Position numbers and translations under genes: made by a program
Source of the DNA: an uncultured Gemmatimonadales bacterium
Lineage (GTDB): Bacteria > Gemmatimonadota > Gemmatimonadetes > Gemmatimonadales > GWC2-71-9
Length of the DNA: 64,000 nucleotides
Assembly (NCBI GenBank): GCA_963771275.1
Contig: CAVYSW010000009.1
Location: 312,289 to 376,288, forward strand
Reading direction: 5' to 3'
The notes under the pieces: generated by a model
Told to the model about the DNA's origin: nothing
The model's input: only the letters and a program-made list of their open reading frames with translations
Database searches by the model: none
Shown: in pieces, positions 30,732 through 40,347 of the stretch
Numbering within the stretch: the stretch's first letter is position 1
Layout: every line of letters begins with the position of its first letter

Positions 30732-32078
30732 ATGAATCCGATCGCAGTCCTGTTCGCCCTTACGCTGACCGCTCCACTCCTTGCCCAGGCCCCCCCGGCA
30801 TCCCCCCCACTCGGTACGCTGCGTGAGCAGGCGGCATTGCAGCAGACCTGGCTCAAGGAGCGGCTCGAAACCGTATTGCCGGCGGTCATGCGACGGCATG
30901 CGGTGGACATGTGGGTCATCGCAATGCGGGAATACAACGAGGATCCGGTGTTCCCGGCGCTCGTGTCTCCCACGACGTTCGCCGCACGGCGCCGCACGAT
31001 CTACGTGTTCTTCGATCGCGGGCCGGAGCGCGGGCTCGAGCGCATTGCGCTCGGCGGCGCCTCGCAGGGCGGGCTGTACGACGTCGTGCGGGAGACGGAG
31101 CTGGCACCCGACGGACGGCCGCGCGAGCTATGGGGGCCGGCGCAGTGGCAACTGTTCGCCCGCGTCGTACGCGAGCGGAACCCGCAGCGCATCGCCGTCG
31201 ATATTTCCCGGGACTTCAATTTCGCCGACGGGTTGAGCGCCGGTGAGTGGGAGCAGCTGCAGGCCGCTCTCGGCCCCGACCTGGTCGCGCGGGTCGTCCG
31301 CGAGGACCGGCTCGCCACCGACTACCTGTCCCTTCGGGTCGGCGCGATGCTCCCCACCTACCGCCGGATGCAGGAGATCGCGCACGAGATCATCGGCGTG
31401 GCGTTCTCGAGCGCGGTGATCACGCCCGGCGTCACGACGACCGAGGACGTGGTGTGGTGGATGCGCCAGCGCCTGCTCGAGCTCGGCCTCGGCACGTGGT
31501 TCCAGCCGGACGTCGACGTCCAGCGCCGCGGCGTGGACATGAGCGACTCGGCCGGCCCGGTCATTCAGCGCGGCGACGTCCTGCACTGCGATTTCGGGAT
31601 CACCGCCCTGGGTCTCAACACCGACACGCAGCACATGGGATATGTGCTGCGCGACGGCGAGATCGAGCCGCCCGCCGGCCTGCGCCAGGCGTTCGCCAAC
31701 AGCAACCGGCTGCAGGACCTCGTCCTGACCGCCGCGAAACCCGGCCTGACCGGTAATCAGGTGCTCGCCGACGCGCTCGCACGGATGCGCGAAGCGGGGA
31801 TCGACGGCACCGTCTACAGCCATCCGGTCGGCGACCACGGGCATGCCGCCGGTCCGCTGATCGGCCTGTGGGACCGCCAGGACGGCGTGCCGGCGCGCGG
31901 CGACATCCCGCTGCTCCCCGGCACGTGGTTTTCGATCGAGCTGCAGGCAACGACCCCCATCCCCGAATGGGGTGGCCAGAAAGTGCGCTCGATGCAGGAA
32001 GAAGACGCGGAGCTGCCGCCGACCGGCGCGATGCGCTGGATCCTCCAGCGCCAGACGGCGTTCCACCTGGTGCGCTAG
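30732..32078 (+). CDS. Secreted M24-family peptidase (Xaa-Pro aminopeptidase/creatinase fold)
   Basis: ATG at 30732 preceded by GGAGG. It has a signal peptide MNPIAVLFALTLTAPLLAQA. The pita-bread metal-ligand regions are HCDFGITALGLNTD, HPVGDHGH and SIELQ. Confidence 0.85.
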   Translation: MNPIAVLFALTLTAPLLAQAPPASPPLGTLREQAALQQTWLKERLETVLPAVMRRHAVDMWVIAMREYNEDPVFPALVSPTTFAARRRTIYVFFDRGPERGLERIALGGASQGGLYDVVRETELAPDGRPRELWGPAQWQLFARVVRERNPQRIAVDISRDFNFADGLSAGEWEQLQAALGPDLVARVVREDRLATDYLSLRVGAMLPTYRRMQEIAHEIIGVAFSSAVITPGVTTTEDVVWWMRQRLLELGLGTWFQPDVDVQRRGVDMSDSAGPVIQRGDVLHCDFGITALGLNTDTQHMGYVLRDGEIEPPAGLRQAFANSNRLQDLVLTAAKPGLTGNQVLADALARMREAGIDGTVYSHPVGDHGHAAGPLIGLWDRQDGVPARGDIPLLPGTWFSIELQATTPIPEWGGQKVRSMQEEDAELPPTGAMRWILQRQTAFHLVR

Positions 32079-32086
32079 GTCCGTCC

Positions 32087-33175
32087 ATGCCGACGCTCGC
32101 CGATCTCCCCACACCGGCGCTGCTGCTCGATGTCGACCGGCTGGAGGCGAATCTGTCCCGGATGGCGCTGCGGTGCGACGCGCTCGACGTGGCGCTTCGC
32201 CCACATCTCAAGACCCACAAGTGCGTCGAGGTCGCCGAGCGCCAGCGCCGGCACGGGGCCCGCGGCGCCACGGTCTCGACGCTGTACGAGGCCCGGGTCT
32301 TTGCCGACCACGGCTTCGACGACATCACCTGGGCGTTCCCCTTCATTCCTTCCCGCTTCGAGGAAGCGCGCCGACTCGCCGAGCGCATCACGCTGCGGAT
32401 CACGCTGGACGCGCCGGAGACGCTCGCAATGCTCGAGGCCGCCGGGTTCCCGTTCCACGTCTGGCTCAAGATCGATTGCGGCTATCATCGGGCTGGGCTC
32501 GATCCCGCCGCCCCGGCGACGCTGGGTCTCGCCCGGCGCCTCGCCGCCTCCCCCACCCTGGTGCTCGACGGTCTGCTGACGCATTCCGGTCACGCCTACC
32601 ATGCGGGGAGTCGCGCCGACCTCCAGCGCATCGCCGAGCAGGAACGACACGCCGTCGCCGAGCTGCGGGCGCGCCTCGCGCGCGAGGGCATCGACGTGGC
32701 CGCGTCCGTGGGGTCCACGCCCGCGATGTCCGCCGTCGCGAGCCTCGCGGGCGTGCAGGAGGCCCGGCCCGGGAACTACGCGTTCTACGACGGGATGCAG
32801 GTAGGGATCGGCTCGTGCGCCGCGACCGATTGCGCGGTGACGGTCCTTGCCACGGTCGTGTCGTCCCAGCCGCGCGCGGCCCATTGCGTCGTGGATGCCG
32901 GGGCGCTGGCTCTATCGAAGGATACGGCCCCGCAGCTCGCCGCTGCCGGGTTCGGCACCGTGTACGACGACTACGCGTCAGGCACCCTGCTCTCGGGCGC
33001 CCGGCTCAGCGGGCTGAGCCAGGAGCACGGCACGCTGATCCCACGGCTCCCGGTCGGCACGCGCGTGCGTATCCTCCCCAATCACTCGTGCCTCACCGTC
33101 GCATGCTTCGACGAGTACCATGTCGTCCGGGGCGATGCGGTCGTGGATCACTGGAAGATCTGGCGCGGGCGGTGA
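32087..33175 (+). CDS. D-serine dehydratase-like / D-threonine aldolase family PLP enzyme (alanine-racemase N-terminal fold)
   Basis: Internal Met MPTLADLPTPALLLD of track ORF 31868..33175. The PLP-lysine context is RPHLKTHK. The C-terminal stretch is ILPNHSC. Confidence 0.8.
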   Translation: MPTLADLPTPALLLDVDRLEANLSRMALRCDALDVALRPHLKTHKCVEVAERQRRHGARGATVSTLYEARVFADHGFDDITWAFPFIPSRFEEARRLAERITLRITLDAPETLAMLEAAGFPFHVWLKIDCGYHRAGLDPAAPATLGLARRLAASPTLVLDGLLTHSGHAYHAGSRADLQRIAEQERHAVAELRARLAREGIDVAASVGSTPAMSAVASLAGVQEARPGNYAFYDGMQVGIGSCAATDCAVTVLATVVSSQPRAAHCVVDAGALALSKDTAPQLAAAGFGTVYDDYASGTLLSGARLSGLSQEHGTLIPRLPVGTRVRILPNHSCLTVACFDEYHVVRGDAVVDHWKIWRGR

Positions 33176-33250
33176 GCGGGAGGACGGTCAGGCAATCCCT
33201 GCCCCGCGCGCCGCTGGGAGGGGCGGATCCGGAACCAGGGGAGGCGCCGG

Positions 33251-34621
33251 TCACGCCCCGCGCGCGCGAACCGCGCGCGCCCCCGCCATCCCCGACCCGG
33301 CAAGGAGCCACAACAGCGCCGTCATCACCGCGGCCGACGCGAGACACCATGCGCACACGGCCCCGATCACGAAGGGCTCGAGCACCGTCAGCACCACCGA
33401 CCCCGCCGTGCCGCTGAGGGCCAGCAGGAACGCGACCACCGCGGCCCAGTCACCAGTCCGCCCGCGACCGGCGCGAGCCGTTGCCCACGCCGTGAGTATC
33501 CCGAGATACCAGACGAGACCGATCACCGCCACCGGTACGACACCGAGAAGGCGGGCGTACGGGCTATGCTGGACCGCATTACAGTCGCCGACGGGACCGC
33601 ACACCGCCGTGGCGCCGGTGGTCTCGACGTACGTGAGATAGGCCGCGATCGCCACGCCGGCCAGCACGAGGAGCGGCACGGCCGCCCTGGTCGCCGGAGC
33701 GCCCCACGCCGGCACGCGCACGCCGATCCAGATCAGGCTCGCGAGCATGGCCACGATCAGCGCCAACGCAGCCACCGTGCCGATCGGATCGACCTGGAGC
33801 GTTTGCAGCAGGACCATCCCCTGCCCAGCGCCGAGTGCGTTCGGCGGCACTGCCGATGTGGGAGCCGGGGCGGCTGGGGGCCCCGCACGACCCACGGCGA
33901 TGCTCTCCGGTTGAGGGAGAGCGGGGACGGCGGCGGCCGGGGCTCGCGCGGAGTCCGCGTCGCGGGGGGGGGCCCTCCGGGGCTGGGCTGCGCGCGCCGC
34001 CGAGTCGCGCACGACGGCGCTGGGTTGGGCCGGGGCCGCTCCGGACGCCGAGTCGGCACGCGGGCGCCCGCCGCTGTCGCGGCGCACCGTTGCCGAGTCA
34101 CGGGCCGCTACCCCCAGCGGGCTCCCGAGTCCGGGGTCGTATCCCGGAGGGAAGACCTCGACCAGACCGCCGATCGCCGGCCAGGGAATCCCACCCGCCG
34201 CCAGTCCCCTCCTGATGATCCCCGGAAACCGCTCGGGGATCTCCAGCGACCCGACGAGCACGCTGTCCCCGCAGAGCAGCCGGGGCACTCCCTGCCGCTC
34301 GGCCGGAATCGCGAACGCTTGGGTCACCCGGTCGTACAGCTCGCGGCCGGCCGGCTCCGTCGTGTTCACCAGCAGCAGCGCGAGCGACTGGTTCACCAGC
34401 ACGTGTCCGGCGCTTCCCTGGTAGAAGCGCGGTTCGCTCCCGACCGCCGCGAAGATGCCCGGCAGGTCTTCCTGGATCACCGTGTGGCAGTGGGGACACG
34501 TGGGCGAGTAGAACAGGATGGCCCGTGCGACGCTCCCCTGTGCGGGAAGCGCAGTCGGCAGGGACACCGCGCCCGGCAGCCACACGAGACTCACGCTCAG
34601 CATCATCGACCGTCGAATCAT
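33251..34621 (-). CDS. Thioredoxin-like domain (CPHC) fused through a P/A/R-rich linker to a C-terminal VKOR (vitamin K epoxide reductase) membrane domain
   Basis: Internal Met MIRRSMMLSVSLVW (signal peptide) of track ORF 33251..35173. The upstream part of that ORF is antisense to the ZIP gene. The Trx motif is YSPTCPHCH. The VKOR loop cysteines are CGPVGDC..SPYA, and the redox motif is CAWC. Confidence 0.8.
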   Translation of the reverse strand: MIRRSMMLSVSLVWLPGAVSLPTALPAQGSVARAILFYSPTCPHCHTVIQEDLPGIFAAVGSEPRFYQGSAGHVLVNQSLALLLVNTTEPAGRELYDRVTQAFAIPAERQGVPRLLCGDSVLVGSLEIPERFPGIIRRGLAAGGIPWPAIGGLVEVFPPGYDPGLGSPLGVAARDSATVRRDSGGRPRADSASGAAPAQPSAVVRDSAARAAQPRRAPPRDADSARAPAAAVPALPQPESIAVGRAGPPAAPAPTSAVPPNALGAGQGMVLLQTLQVDPIGTVAALALIVAMLASLIWIGVRVPAWGAPATRAAVPLLVLAGVAIAAYLTYVETTGATAVCGPVGDCNAVQHSPYARLLGVVPVAVIGLVWYLGILTAWATARAGRGRTGDWAAVVAFLLALSGTAGSVVLTVLEPFVIGAVCAWCLASAAVMTALLWLLAGSGMAGARAVRARGA

Positions 34622-34735
34622 CCAGCGCCTCCGGGGACGTCCCACGTAAAGTAGCCGCGCGCCTGGCTGCGCGGCGGTTCGCTGCCCGCCCATCTCACCA
34701 GTATCTTGCCTGGTGTCCCCAACCACCACGCGGTC

Positions 34736-35491
34736 ATGGACGACGCCTCTCGCCTGCTCTGGATCGTCCCCTTCAGCCTGCTGGGCAGTGTCGGCGCGGT
34801 GACGCTGTCCGCCGTCCTGCTGCTCGTCCGGGCGCCGACGCGCGCGCGCCTCGTGCCGCCGCTCGTGAGCTATGCGGCCGGAACCCTCCTGGGAGCCGCG
34901 CTGCTCGGCCTGCTCCCGGAAGCCCTGCATGCGGCCCGGCCGGAAGCGGTCTTGCCGGTCACGCTCGCCGGGATCGTGCTGTTCTTCATCCTGGAGCGCA
35001 CGCTGATCTGGCGTCATTGCCACGAGGAAGGGTGCGAGCGCCACTCCACGGCGGGCTCCCTGGTCCTCATCGGCGACGGGTTCCACAATCTCACCGACGG
35101 GATCATCATCGCCACGGCGTTCCTCGTCTCCGTCCCCCTGGGCATCGGGACCTCGCTCGCCGTCATCATCCACGAGATTCCGCAGGAGATCGGTGATTTC
35201 GCCCTGCTGCTGGACTCAGGCTACCGACCCCGCTCGGCATTCCTGTGGAATGCGCTCTCGGCCGCGGCCACGCTTCCCGGGGCCGTGGGCGGCTACTACC
35301 TGCTCGCACCGCTTCGCACGGCGGTACCCTACGTCATGGCGCTCTCGGCGGCGAGCTTCCTGTACATCGCCATGGCCGATCTGATGCCCCACCTCCACCA
35401 ACGGGGCAGAGACCAGCGCTTCGCGCTCCAGGTCACGTTGATGGCCGCGGGAATCGGCACGATCGTCCTCGTGCGGACCCTGTCGAGGTGA
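34736..35491 (+). CDS. ZIP-family divalent metal (zinc) transporter, ZupT-like
   Basis: ATG at 34736 (the track ORF starts at a TTG at 34706). Motifs: GDGFHNLTDG and HEIPQEIGDFALLL. Confidence 0.88.
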   Translation: MDDASRLLWIVPFSLLGSVGAVTLSAVLLLVRAPTRARLVPPLVSYAAGTLLGAALLGLLPEALHAARPEAVLPVTLAGIVLFFILERTLIWRHCHEEGCERHSTAGSLVLIGDGFHNLTDGIIIATAFLVSVPLGIGTSLAVIIHEIPQEIGDFALLLDSGYRPRSAFLWNALSAAATLPGAVGGYYLLAPLRTAVPYVMALSAASFLYIAMADLMPHLHQRGRDQRFALQVTLMAAGIGTIVLVRTLSR

Positions 35492-35600
35492 CTGCCGCAT
35501 CGGTCACCACCGACCCGGTCCCGCATGCCGTGGTGGCGATGTGACCTCCGCGACTGAACGGGGGTATCCGCTGCACAGCGAAGCCTCGATGGAGGCACCA

Positions 35601-36845
35601 ATGGTCCCGGTCCGTCGTACTCTGGCTCTGGCGCTCCTGGCGAGCGCCGCGGTGGCGTGCGGTGACGGCCCCGCTGGCCCTATTACCGACCTCCCCCGTC
35701 CCCTCACCAGCGGCGAAGCGCAGCTCGTCGCGGCCGACAACGGCTTCGCCTTTCGCCTGCTCGGCACGATCGCCGCGGCGGATGCGGGCGCCAACCTGTT
35801 CATCTCGCCGCTCAGCGTCGGCATGGCGCTCGGTATGGCCTACAACGGCGCGGCCGGCGGGACGGCGGACGCGATGCGGCTGACGCTCGGCTTCGATGGC
35901 CTCACGCAGGACGAGATCAACACCTCCTATCGCAGCCTGATCGACCTGTTGCGCGGTCTCGACCCCAGTGTCGAGTTCGCCATCGCCAACTCCGTGTGGT
36001 ACCGGCCGGACTTCGCCCTCGATTCCGCGTTCCTCGATCGCACGGAGCGCTACTTCGATGCGGCGGTGCGTCCGCTCGATTTCGCGAGCCCCGACGCCGC
36101 GCCGACGATCAATCGATGGGTCTCCGACGCGACCCACGCGAGGATCACGGAGATCGTCGATTCCCCGATCCCGCCCGATGCCATCGCGTACCTGATCAAC
36201 GCGATCTACTTCAAGGGCAGCTGGACTTCTCAGTTCCCGCGCGACGCCACGCGCCCCGGGCCGTTCCACCGGGCCGATGGGACCAGCCGGGACGTGCCGA
36301 TGATGCGGACCCCGGAGCCGATTCCCGTGCGGCACGCGTGGACGGGCGCCGCGGAGGTGCTCGACCTGCCCTATGGTGGGGGCGCCTACAGCATGACGAT
36401 CGTGTTGCCGGCCGCCGGCGTAGCGCTCGATTCGATGGTGGGCACGCTGACCCAGGCGCAATGGGACGGCTGGATCGGCGCGCTCGACTCGACGGCGCTG
36501 CTCGTCACCATGCCCAAGTTTCAGCTCGAGTACGAGAAGTCCCTGGTGGACGCGCTCGAGGTGCTCGGCATGAAGGTGGCCTTCTGTCGCAACATCCCGG
36601 CCTTCAGCCCGGACTTCACGGCCATGTACCCGCCGGGTGGCGCGTGCATCAGCAACGTCAAGCACAAGACGTGGGTTGACGTGAACGAGGAGGGCACCGA
36701 GGCCGCGGCTGTGACATCGGTGGAGGTGGGAGTCACGAGCGCCCCGCCGAGCATCACCGTCGATCGGCCGTTCCTGTTCGCGATCCGCGAGCGCCTGTCG
36801 GGCACGATCCTGTTCATCGGGGCGATCGCCGACCCGGGCGCGTGA
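35601..36845 (+). CDS. Serpin (I4 family peptidase inhibitor), lipoprotein-type signal
   Basis: ATG at 35601 lies 5 nt after GGAGG (alternatives at 35589 and 35541). The lipobox-like signal is LASAAVACG. Serpin blocks are FISPLSVGMALGMAYNGA, the hinge EEGTEAAAVT, and the C-terminal DRPFLFAIRE. Confidence 0.88.
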   Translation: MVPVRRTLALALLASAAVACGDGPAGPITDLPRPLTSGEAQLVAADNGFAFRLLGTIAAADAGANLFISPLSVGMALGMAYNGAAGGTADAMRLTLGFDGLTQDEINTSYRSLIDLLRGLDPSVEFAIANSVWYRPDFALDSAFLDRTERYFDAAVRPLDFASPDAAPTINRWVSDATHARITEIVDSPIPPDAIAYLINAIYFKGSWTSQFPRDATRPGPFHRADGTSRDVPMMRTPEPIPVRHAWTGAAEVLDLPYGGGAYSMTIVLPAAGVALDSMVGTLTQAQWDGWIGALDSTALLVTMPKFQLEYEKSLVDALEVLGMKVAFCRNIPAFSPDFTAMYPPGGACISNVKHKTWVDVNEEGTEAAAVTSVEVGVTSAPPSITVDRPFLFAIRERLSGTILFIGAIADPGA

Positions 36846-36881
36846 CCCGCTTCGTGGCGCCGGGCCGGGCGCCGCGACACC

Positions 36882-38525
36882 CTAGAGGCGGCGGCGGTAG
36901 ACGACCGCCCCCCCCACCATCGTCAGGTCCACCGGCACGCGCTCGATCTGGACCGGATCGATGGTGAGAATGTCCTCCGCCAGCACGACGAGATCGGCGT
37001 ACTTCCCGACCGCGATCGTCCCCAGCACGCCCTCGAGGTAGTCGGCGTACGCGTTGCTGCGCGTGTACGCCGTGAGCGCCTCCTCCACGCTGATCTTCTG
37101 CTGCGGCAGCCAACCGTCAGGATTGGCCCCGTCGAGGGTCCGGCGCGTCACCGCCGCATAGATGCCGTACAGCGGATCGAGCGGCGCCACCGTCCAGTCA
37201 CTGCCGAAGGTGAGGCGCGCCCCCGCATCGAGCAGACTGCGGAAGGCGTAAGCGCCCTTGAGCCGCTCGGGGCCGATGCGTCTGACCGCCCAGCGACCGT
37301 CGTCGATGGCATGATACGGCTGCATCGAGGGGATCACGCCTTCCTGCCCGATCCGCCGAATCGCGTCGGGAGTGAGGTGCTGCGCGTGCTCGATGCGGAA
37401 TCGCTGGTTGGCGTTGTGGTTTCGCTTGGTGGCCTCCGCGTACACGCCAAGGAGCCAGTCGTTGGCGCGGTCGCCGATCGCGTGCACCACCACCTGGAGT
37501 CCCGCCGAGTCGGCACTCAGGATCTGGGCGCGCAGCTCGGCTGTGTCGGTCACGGTGAGACCCGTGGTATTGGGCGCATCGTCATACGGCTGATAGAACC
37601 AGGCGGTCGTCGAGCCCAGCGAGCCGTCCACGAAGCCCTTGGCGGCGCCCCACGCCAACCGATGGTCCCCCCGCCCGTGGCGCCCGATGTACTGCGCGAG
37701 GCGAGGCCATGTGGCGATCGGCACCGCGGCGTACACCCTGAGCGGCAGCCGGCCGGCCGCCGCAGCACGCCGATACGTCTCCAGACCGGCCCAGGTCCCC
37801 ATGTCGGTCACGTGGGTGACGCCGCGCTCGACCGCGTAGCGCGCCGCCGCATCGAGCGCGCGGTCCAGCTCGGCCTCGGTCGGCTCCGGGATCGCGGCGA
37901 ACACGAGTCCCTGCGCCTCGTCCTTCAGGATGCCGGTCGGCCGGCCCGCGGCGTCCCGCACGATCGTGCCGCCCGGTGGATCGCGGGTCTCGGCGGTGAC
38001 CCCGGCGAGCGCCAAGGCCCGGCTGTTGGCCAGCCCCATGTGCCCGTCGAGACGGCTCACGAACACCGGGGTTTCTCCCGTGACCGAGTCGATCCAATCG
38101 CGCCGGGGCAGGTCCCCGCCCCACAGCTCGTGATCCCAGGTCCCTCCCTGCACCCAGGAGTCCGGGTGCAGCCGCACGAACTCGGCGATCCGCCGGATGA
38201 ACTCCTGCGGCGTGGCGGCGTCGCGCAGCTGCACCCCCGCCAGCTCGAACCCGCCGGAAATGAAGTGGGTGTGGTTGTCGATCAGGCCCGGGACCAGGAG
38301 CCGCCCGTCGAGCGCGATCCGCTCCGTCCGAGGGCCGGCCATCCGGGAAATGGCCGCATCGTCCCCCACCCCTACGATCCGCCCATCTCGAACGGCCACC
38401 GCGCTGGCGGTGGCACCCGTTCCCGTCCAGACCTTGCCGCCCACGAACACGGTATCCGCCGGTTTCACGCATCCGCTTGCGGCCATGACCACCCCCAGCA
38501 GCGCCAAGCGCCTGACTGTCGCCAT
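36882..38525 (-). CDS. Amidohydrolase-family (Amidohydro_3, TIM-barrel metal-dependent hydrolase) lipoprotein
   Basis: 547 aa. It has a lipobox MAASGC and the metal motif GLIDNHTHF. Confidence 0.88.
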   Translation of the reverse strand: MATVRRLALLGVVMAASGCVKPADTVFVGGKVWTGTGATASAVAVRDGRIVGVGDDAAISRMAGPRTERIALDGRLLVPGLIDNHTHFISGGFELAGVQLRDAATPQEFIRRIAEFVRLHPDSWVQGGTWDHELWGGDLPRRDWIDSVTGETPVFVSRLDGHMGLANSRALALAGVTAETRDPPGGTIVRDAAGRPTGILKDEAQGLVFAAIPEPTEAELDRALDAAARYAVERGVTHVTDMGTWAGLETYRRAAAAGRLPLRVYAAVPIATWPRLAQYIGRHGRGDHRLAWGAAKGFVDGSLGSTTAWFYQPYDDAPNTTGLTVTDTAELRAQILSADSAGLQVVVHAIGDRANDWLLGVYAEATKRNHNANQRFRIEHAQHLTPDAIRRIGQEGVIPSMQPYHAIDDGRWAVRRIGPERLKGAYAFRSLLDAGARLTFGSDWTVAPLDPLYGIYAAVTRRTLDGANPDGWLPQQKISVEEALTAYTRSNAYADYLEGVLGTIAVGKYADLVVLAEDILTIDPVQIERVPVDLTMVGGAVVYRRRL

Positions 38526-38800
38526 GAGTCCCTCCGCGCAGGAAGATCACCCGCCGTACCAGAGGTCGCCACGGTCGGGTTCACGACTGCATGTCACCGG
38601 GGCCACGCCCGGCCGCTCGCCCGTGCCCACGGATCATGGTCAACGATACGTGAGTAATCACTTGCAGTGCTCCGTCAAGGAAAACCGGCCCAGAATGCAC
38701 CTTTCGCTCCATTGGCTTCGTGAGCATAACGCGTTGTAATGACGACAGTTGCGATGCAATGGCTACCGCGTTCGCCGGGGACCAAGTACCTTGGAGGTCG

Positions 38801-39865
38801 ATGCCTTCGCCGCCGTTGTACGGACATGATCGCCTGGTCAGCCGGCTGGGAGCCGCCATGGCGTCCGGCCGGTTTCCGCAGGCGCTGCTGTTTGCCGGTC
38901 CTCCCGGGGTCGGGAAGCAGCGGCTCGCGTTGTGGGTGGCCCAGGCGTTGCTGTGCGAGCGCGGTTTTGGGGCACCGTGCGGGACCTGCCCGGACTGCCG
39001 TCAGGTCCTGGACCTGGCGCATCCGGATCTTCACTGGTTCGTGCCGATCCCCCGGCCCAAGGCCGCCGACCCGGCAAAACAGATGGAGGAAGCCCGCGAG
39101 CTGATTGGCGAGGCGATGGCCGAGCGCCGGACGGGCAGGCCCTACCGCCGCCCCGACGGCCTGGCGAGCCATGGCTTGGCGTCCGTCCGGGTCCTGCAGC
39201 GGGTCGTGGGACTGACCCCGTTCCGCGGGCGCCGCAAGGTGATCATCCTGGGTGACGCGGAGCGCCTGGTGGTGCAGGACGCGAGCCCGGAAGCGGCCAA
39301 TGCGCTGCTCAAGGTGCTGGAGGAGCCACCGGCGGACACCACGCTGATCCTGACGGCCGCCGAGCCGCAGACGCTGCTCCCGACGATCCGCTCGCGGCTC
39401 GTCACGGTCCGCATCGGACCGGTCGGCGACGACGTGGTGCGACAGTTTCTGACCCGCGAGCTAGCCCCGCCGCCAGCCGGGCGGGCGCTCGAGCGGCGCG
39501 TGACGTTGGCGGAGGGGCTGATCGGTCGCGCGCTGTGGATGGACGACGATGGAGCGGATGGCGCGGACACCCAGGCCAGGTCCTTCCTCGCCGCGGTCCA
39601 GGCGGGGCCGGAGCGCTGGACGCCCCTGGTGCTGGCGCAGCCCCCGTGGGGTGCGCGTGGAGGGTACGGGGCAATGCTGGACGCTCTCGCCATGGCCCTG
39701 CGTCAGTCGCTGGTCGACGGCGTGGCCCGGCCGGACCACTCCGACCTCACACGGCACTTGGCGGCCCTGCGGCGGGTCGACGAGGCACGGGCGGAGGTGG
39801 GACGCAACGTGAACCCTCAGCTCGCCCTCGCGGTGCTGGCGCACGATCTCGTGGGGCTCACATGA
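38801..39865 (+). CDS. holB: DNA polymerase III delta' subunit
   Basis: Walker-like motif GPPGVGKQRLA and zinc module CERGFGAPCGTCPDCRQV. The start is uncertain: the ATG at 38801 has GGAGG 3 nt upstream, and other in-frame starts lie at 38759 and 38720. Confidence 0.8.
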   Translation: MPSPPLYGHDRLVSRLGAAMASGRFPQALLFAGPPGVGKQRLALWVAQALLCERGFGAPCGTCPDCRQVLDLAHPDLHWFVPIPRPKAADPAKQMEEARELIGEAMAERRTGRPYRRPDGLASHGLASVRVLQRVVGLTPFRGRRKVIILGDAERLVVQDASPEAANALLKVLEEPPADTTLILTAAEPQTLLPTIRSRLVTVRIGPVGDDVVRQFLTRELAPPPAGRALERRVTLAEGLIGRALWMDDDGADGADTQARSFLAAVQAGPERWTPLVLAQPPWGARGGYGAMLDALAMALRQSLVDGVARPDHSDLTRHLAALRRVDEARAEVGRNVNPQLALAVLAHDLVGLT

Positions 39866-40347
39866 CGCTGTCCCACCTGGACGCGGGGGGACGGGCCCGC
39901 ATGGTGAACGTGGGGGACAAGCCCGAGACCGTGCGCCGGGCGGTGGCGGAAGGCACGATCACGATGTCGCCCGGGGCCGCGGAGCTGGTGCGGCGGGCGG
40001 CGGGCCCCAAGGGCGACGTCCTCGCGACGGCCGAGCTCGCCGGCACGATGGGCGCCAAGCGCACGGCGGAGATGATCCCGCTCTGCCACCCGGTGGGGCT
40101 CGACCACGTGGAGGTCGTCGCGGCGGTGGACGACGCCCTCCCCGGCGTGCGGATCCGCGCCGCAGTGCAGGCGACCGGACGGACGGGGGTCGAGATGGAG
40201 GCGCTCACCGCGGTCTCCATCGCGCTGCTGACGGTCTACGACATGGTGAAGGCCGCGGGGCACGGCATGTGCATCGGTGACATCGTACTGCTGGAGAAGT
40301 CCGGCGGCGCGTCGGGACACTGGATACGGAGTCATGATGACCGGTAG
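39862..40347 (+). CDS. moaC: Cyclic pyranopterin monophosphate synthase MoaC
   Basis: Internal Met MTLSHLDAGG of track ORF 39535..40347. Motifs: MVNVGDKP, MIPLCHP, GVEMEALTAVS. ATGA overlap with the holB stop. Confidence 0.93.
   Translation: MTLSHLDAGGRARMVNVGDKPETVRRAVAEGTITMSPGAAELVRRAAGPKGDVLATAELAGTMGAKRTAEMIPLCHPVGLDHVEVVAAVDDALPGVRIRAAVQATGRTGVEMEALTAVSIALLTVYDMVKAAGHGMCIGDIVLLEKSGGASGHWIRSHDDR

Noticed and set aside
34622-35173. Upstream 184 codons of the 640-aa ORF containing the Trx-VKOR gene
   Set aside because: This segment is antisense to the ZIP transporter gene and is Asp/Glu/Arg-rich. A proper signal peptide begins at the internal Met at 34621.
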